32,318 nucleotides of DNA from Rhodospirillales bacterium (lineage in GTDB: Bacteria; Pseudomonadota; Alphaproteobacteria; Rhodospirillales; JADHTD01), in NCBI GenBank assembly GCA_016776525.1, contig JADHTD010000002.1:1-32318 (forward strand), given 5' to 3'. Both the position numbers and the translations under genes were made by a program. Shown here one piece after another: positions 9,333 to 18,970 of this stretch (its first letter is position 1; every line of letters starts with the position of its first letter). A model generated the notes under the pieces. It had not been told where the DNA came from. It saw only the letters and a list, made by a program, of their open reading frames with translations, and did not search any database.

Positions 9333-9541
9333 GCTTTCCCCTCCTATCAATCTCATAATAAATAGCTGAAAACCGGGAAATCGGGGTATATTTAACTGTA
9401 TTAATATGTGTTTATGTTTTAAACAACATTAAATTAATGGTTGACTCTGAAAAAATTCATTATAATTATGTGTAATATTATTTATATACACATATTACAG
9501 TGTTCTTTGGCGGCGTAAGACGCTGCTCCGAAGAGGTAGCC

Positions 9542-11647
9542 ATGCTCGATTTCCCATCAACTGGTGAACAATCCGACGCCCAAGCCACAAAGCCTGCCCC
9601 GGACTCAGTCGCCCCGGAACCCCTGGTCCGGGCCGACGAATACCTTGAATACCGGCAGGCCCTGGCCCGCTTTAGAAGCGGCGAGTGGGACGCCGACCGT
9701 TGGGCGACCTTCCGCCTGCGCTTTGGCGTTTATGCGCAGAAACAGGCGGAGAAATTCATGATCCGCGCCAAGCTGCCGGGTGGGCGCCTCAGTTTCGCCC
9801 AAGCCCGCGCCGTGGCCCGGGCCAACCGGGATCATTGCGGATCGGACCCGCACATCACGACGCGTCAAAATTTCCAGTTCTATTTTCTCTCCCTGGACGG
9901 CACGGCGGATTTTATCGAGGCCCTCAACAAGGGTGGCCTGACCACACGGGAAGCTTCCGGTAATACTTTCCGCAACGTCACCGCCTGCCCTTTTGCCGGT
10001 GTCTGCCCGAAGGAACATGTCGATGCCGGTGAAGTCGCCGAACGCCTCTCCACCACCTGGCTGCGTCATCCGCTGGTCCAGCACATGCCGCGAAAGTTCA
10101 AGGCGACGGTATCGGGCTGCGCCCAAGATTGCGGCGCCAGCACCATCGACGACCTGGGCTTCATCGCCATCGAGAGGAATGGCAAGCAAGGCTTCCGGGT
10201 GACCGCCGGTGGTGGCCTCGGCAACAAACCGATAGCGGCCGTCGAGATCGCCGCCTTCATCGAAGAATTTGAGATGGCCGCCGTGCAGGAAGCCCTGGCC
10301 CGACTGCACCAGCGGTTTTCCAACCGCAAACGCAAGATGCAGTCGCGTATCAAGTTCCTGGTCGAGCGCTTCGGTGCGGAAAAATTCGTTGAACTGTTCG
10401 AGGAAGAGTTTGAGCGCGCCAAAAAACTGTCGCAACGCCCGTGGCAGCCCTTGGATTGGCGCCAACCCACAGGCGACAAGCGCCCGCCCCTTCCCGGCGG
10501 CCGCATCGACCAACACGATGGCAAGGTTGCCGTGGTCATCCGCCCGCCCCTGGGCATGGTCAGTTCCGACCAGTTGGAAGCCCTGGCCGATATCGCCGAA
10601 GACGCCGAGGCCCGTGAATTCCGCCTGGAGCGGGAACAGAACCTGATCCTCATCGGCGTGCCGCAGGTGCAAGCCGACCGTGTGATCAGCAAAATCCGGG
10701 CCTTGGGTCTGGAAATCACCAATGAGAAAGAGGCCCTGGGCAATCTGGTTTCCTGCCCCGGCACCAGCACCTGCCCGATCGGCATCACCAATTCCAACGG
10801 ACTGGCCGAAGATATCCTGGGCGACAGGGACTTCTTCAACGGCCTGCCGGAAACCCGCATCCGCATATCCGGCTGCCATAATTCCTGCGGCCAGCACCAT
10901 ATCGGTGAGTTCGGCCTGCATGGCCTGAGCAAAAAGATCGGCGGCCAACCGGCGCCCTATTACCAACTGCACCTGGGCGGGTCGTATGAGCACGACGGCG
11001 CTGTCGGCCTTCCGGGACCGTTCGTTCCGGCCCGCCACGCCAAACAGGCGCTGACGATCCTGATCGCCGATTACCGGGATACCAGGCTCGAAAACGAAGC
11101 CGTGCGCCAGTGGGTCGAACGGCTGGGCATGGCGCACATCCAGGCCCTGTTGCAGCCGTTGGGCGCAAGCCTGGATGCCGAGGAAGAGACTTTGTTCATC
11201 GACTTTGGCGAAAGCGACCCCTTCACCTCGGCCGTGGCTGGGGCCGGTGAGTGCGCCTCGCCGGTGGTGGTCGGGGAATTCCTGGCCGACCTGGCAGAAG
11301 CGGCGACCCTCAACATCGACCGGGCGCTGGAAATCGATGACTGGACGGAAGCATTACGCTCAGCCAATGCGACGGTCATCTCCGCCGCCCGCCGCCTGTT
11401 GCTAGTCGACCAGTACGAGCCCAAGGATGCCAGCCCGGATCATATCCTGGCAGAAGTACGGGCCCGCTACAGCCTCGATCAGGCGTTGCTGACCCGGCTC
11501 GACCAAGTGTTGGCAAGCGTCGCGGAAGTCCAAAGCGGGGGTGACCTGGACCGGCTCAAAGCCGATATCCGGTCCTGGCTCGACGCCGTCACCGTTGCCG
11601 TCGAGGCCAAAGTATCCATCCCGGAACCGATAAAGGTGCCGGCATGA
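9542..11647 (+). CDS. nitrite/sulfite reductase family hemoprotein (siroheme/[4Fe-4S]) with C-terminal extension
   Basis: The ATG at 9542 follows GAAGAGG; the track ORF starts at GTG 9500. C-x5-C...C-x3-C motifs: VSCPGTSTCP...SGCHNSCGQH in the second half, and also TACPFAGVCP...SGCAQDCGAS in the first half. Stop overlaps the cysH start (ATGA). Confidence 0.85.
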   Translation: MLDFPSTGEQSDAQATKPAPDSVAPEPLVRADEYLEYRQALARFRSGEWDADRWATFRLRFGVYAQKQAEKFMIRAKLPGGRLSFAQARAVARANRDHCGSDPHITTRQNFQFYFLSLDGTADFIEALNKGGLTTREASGNTFRNVTACPFAGVCPKEHVDAGEVAERLSTTWLRHPLVQHMPRKFKATVSGCAQDCGASTIDDLGFIAIERNGKQGFRVTAGGGLGNKPIAAVEIAAFIEEFEMAAVQEALARLHQRFSNRKRKMQSRIKFLVERFGAEKFVELFEEEFERAKKLSQRPWQPLDWRQPTGDKRPPLPGGRIDQHDGKVAVVIRPPLGMVSSDQLEALADIAEDAEAREFRLEREQNLILIGVPQVQADRVISKIRALGLEITNEKEALGNLVSCPGTSTCPIGITNSNGLAEDILGDRDFFNGLPETRIRISGCHNSCGQHHIGEFGLHGLSKKIGGQPAPYYQLHLGGSYEHDGAVGLPGPFVPARHAKQALTILIADYRDTRLENEAVRQWVERLGMAHIQALLQPLGASLDAEEETLFIDFGESDPFTSAVAGAGECASPVVVGEFLADLAEAATLNIDRALEIDDWTEALRSANATVISAARRLLLVDQYEPKDASPDHILAEVRARYSLDQALLTRLDQVLASVAEVQSGGDLDRLKADIRSWLDAVTVAVEAKVSIPEPIKVPA

Positions 11648-12402
11648 GCGCCCTCGCCCAAACCCGGGACGATACCCCCGCCAACGCTCAGAACTATGCG
11701 GGTGACGCCCTGATCCTGCGCCTCAAGAGCCAATATGCGCATCTCGACGGGGAAGACCTGATCCGGGCCATGATCCGCGAATTCCCGGGCCGTCTGGCGC
11801 TCACCTCGTCGTTCGGTGTCGAGGCGGCGGTGCTGCTCGACATTGTTGCTGAACTCGACCCCAGCCTCCCGGTGATTTTCCTGGATACGGGGGTTCTGTT
11901 CCCGGAGACCTTGGACTACCGCCAGCAACTGGTCCGGCATCTAGGGCTGCGCAATGTGCGCGACGTGCGCCCGGACCCGGACGAACTGGCTTCGCTCGAC
12001 CCCAATGGCGCGCTGTGGAAGCGCTCAACCAATGCCTGCTGCGCCGTGCGCAAAGTGATACCCCTGGAAAATGCGCTGGGCGGGTTCGATGCCTGGATCA
12101 CCGGCCGCAAGCGGGTCCACGGCAGCGAACGCAGTAACCTGCCGGCCATCGAATGGGACGGCGGCCATATCAAGGTCAATCCGCTGGCCCATTGGAGCCA
12201 GTCCCGCATCGACGCCACCTTCGAGCATCGCGGTCTGCCGCGCCATCCGCTGCAAAGCGAAGGCTACACCTCGGTCGGTTGCACCCATTGCACGGCCCGC
12301 CCCGTCAACGGCGAAGACCAGCGCAGCGGCCGCTGGGCCGGTCAGGAAAAAACCGAATGCGGTATCCACAAGGCTCCCTGGTACCGGGAAGCCGCTGAAT
12401 AG
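11644..12402 (+). CDS. cysH: adenylylsulfate (APS) reductase-type CysH, thioredoxin-dependent
   Basis: SSFGVEAAVLLD PP-loop-like region, CC (NACCAVRKV) plus CxxC (GCTHCT) Fe-S ligand pattern, and catalytic ECGIH near the C-terminus. Confidence 0.85.
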   Translation: MSALAQTRDDTPANAQNYAGDALILRLKSQYAHLDGEDLIRAMIREFPGRLALTSSFGVEAAVLLDIVAELDPSLPVIFLDTGVLFPETLDYRQQLVRHLGLRNVRDVRPDPDELASLDPNGALWKRSTNACCAVRKVIPLENALGGFDAWITGRKRVHGSERSNLPAIEWDGGHIKVNPLAHWSQSRIDATFEHRGLPRHPLQSEGYTSVGCTHCTARPVNGEDQRSGRWAGQEKTECGIHKAPWYREAAE

Positions 12403-12431
12403 CAAATCAACAAACAAAGATTGAGAATAAA

Positions 12432-13064
12432 ATGTCAAAAACGGAAATAAAATCGACCAACATCTTCAGCGTCGAACACCGGGTCGCTGCCACCGAGCGT
12501 CAGGAAACCAACGGTCATCGGGGCGGCATCTTGTGGCTGACCGGTCTCTCCGGGTCGGGCAAGACGACGCTAGGCCTGGAATTGGAACGTCACCTGCACC
12601 TGAAAGGTTATCAGGTCTACATGCTGGACGGCGACAACGTGCGCGGCGGCCTCAATTCCGACCTGGGCTTCGCGCCCGATGACCGCACCGAAAACATCCG
12701 CCGTATCGGCGAGGTGGCGGCGTTGTTCGCCGACGCCGGGTTGATCGTCGTCACTGCCTTCATTTCGCCCTATCAGGCCGACCGCGACCTGGCCCGTGCC
12801 GTCAAGCCGGATGGCTTCCACGAAGTGTTCGTCAAAGCCGACCTGGAGACCTGTGAGGAGCGCGACCCGAAGGGCCTCTATAAAAGGGCGCGGCTGGGTG
12901 AAATTCCCGAATTCACCGGCATTTCGGCCCCTTATGAGCAACCGGCGGCGGCGGAATTGGTGGTTGATACCGGTGCGCTGTCCATCGGCCAGAGCATCAA
13001 CCGGTTGCTGGAATACGTCGACGACCAGTTCGGCCAGCCCCATACATTATCAAGCGTTGCTTGA
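12432..13064 (+). CDS. cysC: adenylylsulfate kinase
   Basis: P-loop GLSGSGKTT, LDGDNVR and FISPY motifs. 210 aa. Confidence 0.9.
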   Translation: MSKTEIKSTNIFSVEHRVAATERQETNGHRGGILWLTGLSGSGKTTLGLELERHLHLKGYQVYMLDGDNVRGGLNSDLGFAPDDRTENIRRIGEVAALFADAGLIVVTAFISPYQADRDLARAVKPDGFHEVFVKADLETCEERDPKGLYKRARLGEIPEFTGISAPYEQPAAAELVVDTGALSIGQSINRLLEYVDDQFGQPHTLSSVA

Positions 13065-13077
13065 TAGAGTGTTTGCC

Positions 13078-13225
13078 GGACTCGACTCCAACCCAACCGC
13101 ACCTGGAGTACCGAAAACCGCTTGCGGTTTGAGGCAAGGGCGACTGCGCGCCGGCGCTTATGCACCGCCCCCCGGGCTGGTTTCCCCCTCGCTTATCCCC
13201 GGTGCGGTTGGGTTGGAGTCGAGTC
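13078..13225. repeat. MITE/RIME-like element copy E1 with 25-bp perfect terminal inverted repeats
   Basis: 13079-13103 (GACTCGACTCCAACCCAACCGCACC) is the exact reverse complement of 13201-13225, with a 97-bp spacer that contains hairpin AAACCGC-TT-GCGGTTT. Related copies lie at 29792-29870 and 30091-30275. Confidence 0.75.
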
Positions 13226-13233
13226 TGGGAAAT

Positions 13234-13264
13234 AAAGAGGCGCTTTTACAGCGCCTCTTTTTTT
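13234..13264 (+). terminator. Rho-independent terminator after cysC
   Basis: AAAGAGGCGC-TTTTACA-GCGCCTCTTT stem-loop followed by a T-run. Confidence 0.85.
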
Positions 13265-13281
13265 AAGTACCTTCCGCGCCT

Positions 13282-15446
<2,165 letters not shown>

Positions 15447-15464
15447 GGGGAGCGAGGAAGACCG

Positions 15465-15929
15465 ATGACCGACAATATTTACCAAGACCTGACCCAGTTG
15501 GGCGGCAAGGGGGAAACCCCGGCCTCACCGGAAGAGGCAGTACTGGAAACCGTACCCAATCCGCAGGCGGGAACCGATTATCTGGTGCGTTTCACCTGTC
15601 CGGAATTTACCTCGCTGTGTCCGGTGACCGGCCAACCGGATTTCGCCCATCTGGTCATCGATTACGTGCCCGGTGGAAAACTGGTCGAAAGCAAGTCGCT
15701 GAAGCTTTACCTGACGTCGTTTCGCAACCACGGCGGTTTTCACGAAGACTGCACCGTTTCCATCGCCCAGAATATTATTGAGGCCGCCGCACCAAAATGG
15801 ATCCGCATCGGCGGCTACTGGTATCCGCGGGGCGGTATTCCCATTGACGTTTTCTATCAAAGTGGCGAGCCGCCGGAAGGCGTTTGGATTCCGGACCAGG
15901 GCGTCGAACCCTACCGGGGGCGTGGCTAG
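15465..15929 (+). CDS. queF: NADPH-dependent 7-cyano-7-deazaguanine (preQ0) reductase, unimodular type
   Basis: [13 protein letters not shown] catalytic Cys region and QueF motif ESKSLKLYL. 154 aa. RBS GGGGAG upstream. Confidence 0.9.
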   Translation: MTDNIYQDLTQLGGKGETPASPEEAVLETVPNPQAGTDYLVRFTCPEFTSLCPVTGQPDFAHLVIDYVPGGKLVESKSLKLYLTSFRNHGGFHEDCTVSIAQNIIEAAAPKWIRIGGYWYPRGGIPIDVFYQSGEPPEGVWIPDQGVEPYRGRG

Positions 15930-16586
15930 ATGTCCGGCTACCGCTTGATCCTCGGCAATAAGAGCTATTCCTCCTGGTCGCTGCGCGCCTGGCTGGGCCT
16001 GCGTCAGGCCGGCATCGACTTCGAGGAACGGGTCATTCCCATGTACACCGAGGAATGGGAGCGGGACATCAAAAGTGAGTCGCCCACCGGCAAAGTGCCG
16101 GTGTTGCAGCACGACGGGCGCTTCATCTGGGACACCCTGGCCATCCTGGAATACGCCGCCGAACGGCATCCGGAGGCGGGCTTGTGGCCCACAGATGAAG
16201 AAGCCCGTGCCCTGGCCCGTTCGGTATCGGCGGAAATGCATTCCGGCTTTATGGCGCTCAGGTCCAATATGCCGATGATCCTACTCAAAACCTTTCCCGG
16301 AAAGGGCATCGGCGAGGGCGTTGCCGAGGACATCGCCAGAATATGTCAAATCTGGCGGGATTGCCGGGCACGTTTCGGCGGCAGCGGTGACCTGCTGTTC
16401 GGCAGCTTTACCATAGCCGATGCCATGTTCGCGCCGGTGGTCAGCCGTTTCGAGACCTACGGCGTCGACCTTGATGATACCTGCCGGGCCTATGCCGAGG
16501 CGGTGCGGGGGCTGTCCGCCATGCGACAATGGCGGGAAGAAGCCCTGGCCGAACCCTGGGTGATCGACCGCTACGATCCGGCATAA
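15930..16586 (+). CDS. glutathione S-transferase family protein
   Basis: LGNKSYSSWSLRAWL...GKVPVLQHDG...WDTLAILEYAAE is typical of the GST N-domain. The ATG directly abuts the queF TAG (TAGATG). Confidence 0.75.
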   Translation: MSGYRLILGNKSYSSWSLRAWLGLRQAGIDFEERVIPMYTEEWERDIKSESPTGKVPVLQHDGRFIWDTLAILEYAAERHPEAGLWPTDEEARALARSVSAEMHSGFMALRSNMPMILLKTFPGKGIGEGVAEDIARICQIWRDCRARFGGSGDLLFGSFTIADAMFAPVVSRFETYGVDLDDTCRAYAEAVRGLSAMRQWREEALAEPWVIDRYDPA

Positions 16587-16743
16587 GCGACCTCCACCCC
16601 TACCGATCCGGCGCCTATAGGCGTATACTATTAAGGAAGGTAACCCCGGCATCCATCAGCCTGCCCGGGGGGCTTGGCTGCGGGGGCAAGAAAATCAGAC
16701 GCCGTCATGAGTACCGTTTTACCCGGGAAAGGAGGTGTCTTCG

Positions 16744-17055
16744 ATGAAAACCGCAATGTTGTTTACCGGCAGCGGACCGTTGGTGATCCTGACGTCCCAT
16801 AAATCCCTGACCGATCCGGCCTTGCTGGAAAAGCTGGCCGGCAAGGGAATCGATAAATTCATCGCTTATGAACTGCCCGAAGAACTGGCCAAGGACCGCT
16901 ATGGCGGGCATTTCTTTGTGGTCGTTTCCGACCTCCGGGAAAGCGATGACCTGAGGATTCTGGACTTCAACGGCGAACGGGCTTTCCAGCTTTTCAACCT
17001 GCATGAACTGAAAGGCCCGATCATGTACGACGCCGAACTGGATAGCGCCGCTTAA
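16744..17055 (+). CDS. hypothetical cytoplasmic protein (103 aa)
   Basis: AGGAGG lies 8 nt upstream of the ATG at 16744; the track ORF starts at GTG 16735. Coding-like composition. No family recognised. Followed by a terminator. Confidence 0.55.
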   Translation: MKTAMLFTGSGPLVILTSHKSLTDPALLEKLAGKGIDKFIAYELPEELAKDRYGGHFFVVVSDLRESDDLRILDFNGERAFQLFNLHELKGPIMYDAELDSAA

Positions 17056-17067
17056 GACGGCCTGTCA

Positions 17068-17122
17068 GGCTGCGGTTTATGCGTACCGGCGGTCAGATAG
17101 CTGTCGCCGCAGCCGTTTTTTT
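17068..17122 (+). terminator. stem-loop with T-run between convergent genes
   Basis: GGCTGCGG (17068-17075) pairs with CCGCAGCC (17107-17114). There is an inner CGGCG/CGCCG stem, followed by GTTTTTTT. Confidence 0.6.
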
Positions 17123-17142
17123 CGTGCCGAGGGCCAGGGGCG

Positions 17143-17625
17143 TCAGGCCGCCTGTTCCCGGCGGCGCACCATCCACCAGACGATCAGCGCCCCCAACAGC
17201 TTGGAAGCCGTCATGGCGATGACGCCGACCGGCGTCAGGATGCCGATGCCGCCCAGGAAGACGGCGCTGTCGATGGGGGCGCCGAGAACGCTGGAATAGA
17301 GAACGCGTTCGGAAAAGGGCCGCTTGGTAAAGGTATAGACGGCCCAGTCGGCCAGTTCGCTGACCAGGAAGGCAGCGGCGCTGGCGGCGGCCACAAACGG
17401 ATTGGCCATGAAATAGCTGATGCCGACACCGACCAGCATGGCCAGCAGCACACGGTGGCCGATCTCGCGCTGGGCGAAATCCCGGGCCACGAAAACGAAG
17501 CCGACCAACAGGGACACCGGCGGCCATTTGGTGCCGTCAGGCAGTTCCACCAGGGGCACCACCGTAAAGGCGTAGTTTACGGCGACGATCAGTGCGATAT
17601 AGAGCAGGGTAAACGGTATGCGCAT
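17143..17625 (-). CDS. VUT-family (YhhQ/DUF165-like) membrane protein, putative queuosine-precursor transporter
   Basis: Hydrophobic 160-aa protein starting MRIPFTLLYIALIVAVNYAF, with ARDFAQRE and ELADWAVY motifs recalled for this family. The longer track ORF (to 17859) would overlap queG, so Met at 17625 (or 17652) is preferred. Confidence 0.6.
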   Translation of the reverse strand: MRIPFTLLYIALIVAVNYAFTVVPLVELPDGTKWPPVSLLVGFVFVARDFAQREIGHRVLLAMLVGVGISYFMANPFVAAASAAAFLVSELADWAVYTFTKRPFSERVLYSSVLGAPIDSAVFLGGIGILTPVGVIAMTASKLLGALIVWWMVRRREQAA

Positions 17626-17700
17626 TGGTGGTGCTTTGTCCTCTAACAGCATTACGGGCGGGCTAGATATCATATATGATGCCGTTTTGGTGAGAAAAGT

Positions 17701-18741
17701 GTGACCGGACTGAAAAAAAATATCCGCGGCAAGGCGTTCGAACTGGGTTTCGATGATGTCGGTTTTACCCGGGCCGCCCTCGATGGGACGGTTGCGCAGA
17801 ACCTGTCCGGCTTCCTTGCCGGTGGCTTGCAGGGCGACATGGACTGGCTGGCCCGCCATCAGGACCGCCGCGCCGATCCTCAGGCTTTATGGCCGGAAGC
17901 CCGCTCCGTTGTCGTCCTCGCCGTCAATTACGGGCCCGACAGCGATCCCCTCGCCGTACACGGCCAAGCGGAGCGGGGCGCCGTCAGCGTCTATGCCCGC
18001 AACCGGGACTATCATGACCTGGTCAAAAAGCGCTTGAAGCACTTGGCCCGCTGGATGGTGGAAAGCTGCGGCGGTGATGTGAAGGTCTTCGTTGATACCG
18101 CCCCGGTAATGGAAAAACCACTGGCCCAACAAGCCGGGATTGGCTGGCAGGGCAAACATACCAACCTGGTGTCGCGGCGTTTCGGTTCCTGGCTGTTCCT
18201 GGGCGAAGTTTTCACCACACTGGAAATCACCCCCGACCAGCCTGAAGCCGATCACTGCGGCAGTTGCGACCGGTGCATGCGGGCCTGTCCGACAGACGCC
18301 CTGACCGAAGCCTACCGCATCGATCCCCGGCGCTGTATTTCCTACCTGACCATCGAGCACAAGTACGACATCGAACCATCGTTGATGGAAAAAATAGGCA
18401 ACCACATTTATGGCTGTGACGATTGCCTGGCCGTCTGCCCGTGGACCAAATATTCAACGCCGGCCCGGGAGGAAAAACTGCGGGCGCGTCCCGACCTGGA
18501 AGCACCCCTTCTGGCCGGGCTGGCCGAGTTGGATGATAGCGCCTTCCGGGGCTTCTTTTCCGGCTCGCCCGTCAAACGGACCGGGCGGGACCGCTTCCTC
18601 CGCAATGTGCTGATCGCCATCGGCAACAGCGCCGATCCCAGCCTGGACGGCATCGCCCGCAAATTGGAGAAAGACCCGTCTTCCCTGGTGCGGCGGACGG
18701 CCGCCTGGGCGCATCGCCGATTGTCGGAAAAGAATCGATAA
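17701..18741 (+). CDS. queG: epoxyqueuosine reductase
   Basis: GTG start. Two ferredoxin-type motifs, CGSCDRCMRACP and CDDCLAVCPW. Conserved RRCISYLTIE segment and HEAT-like C-terminus. Confidence 0.85.
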   Translation: MTGLKKNIRGKAFELGFDDVGFTRAALDGTVAQNLSGFLAGGLQGDMDWLARHQDRRADPQALWPEARSVVVLAVNYGPDSDPLAVHGQAERGAVSVYARNRDYHDLVKKRLKHLARWMVESCGGDVKVFVDTAPVMEKPLAQQAGIGWQGKHTNLVSRRFGSWLFLGEVFTTLEITPDQPEADHCGSCDRCMRACPTDALTEAYRIDPRRCISYLTIEHKYDIEPSLMEKIGNHIYGCDDCLAVCPWTKYSTPAREEKLRARPDLEAPLLAGLAELDDSAFRGFFSGSPVKRTGRDRFLRNVLIAIGNSADPSLDGIARKLEKDPSSLVRRTAAWAHRRLSEKNR

Positions 18742-18794
18742 TCGGTGCATACGGTCAACTTTTTATAAAAAAATTCATGTCCGGCTCCGGTTTG

Positions 18795-18808
18795 TTGACA
18801 TCCATCAA
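18795..18808. promoter_or_regulatory. FNR/Crp-type box TTGAC-ATCC-ATCAA upstream of nifJ
   Basis: 9/10 match to TTGAT-N4-ATCAA. Candidate -10 TAGGAT at 18831-18836 puts the box centre about 41-42 nt upstream of the predicted start site. Confidence 0.6.
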
Positions 18809-18970
18809 GGGCTTCCCTGTGCCGGTTTGCTAGGATCACAACCGGTTCGGGATGCTTAACAACTACCCCGGACATTTCACAATGGGCTGGGGCTGCCGAC
18901 ACCAAAGGCGCGGCCCCAAGCACCCAAACTGTTTTTTTACATGCATCTTCTTCGAACGGGGGGTCTCAGC

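Noticed and set aside
9441-9466. Textbook-looking sigma-70 hexamers TTGACT and TATAAT upstream of the sulfite reductase gene.
   Set aside because: The spacer is only 14 nt (9447-9460), too short for a functional -35/-10 pair. A promoter is surely somewhere in this AT-rich island, but I cannot place it from sequence alone.
9605-11137. 510-aa ORF antisense to the sulfite reductase gene. Similar long antisense or out-of-frame ORFs include 2093-2992(+), 5686-6408(+), 6881-7696(-), 8227-9138(-), 14808-15485(-), 15525-16241(-), 18863-20032(-), 20090-20896(-), 20954-21805(-), 21854-22633(-), 25829-26497(-) and 28835-29704(-).
   Set aside because: Each one overlaps a gene that has clear family motifs on the other strand or frame. 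Their translations are Arg/Gly/Ala/Pro-rich and motif-free, as expected for shadow frames in GC-rich DNA.
17626-17700. preQ1 riboswitch in the leader of the VUT/YhhQ-like transporter.
   Set aside because: Reading the minus strand, I could not find the short P1 stem plus A-rich tail of preQ1-I, or any convincing pseudoknot. The spacer is only 75 nt and also has to hold two promoters.
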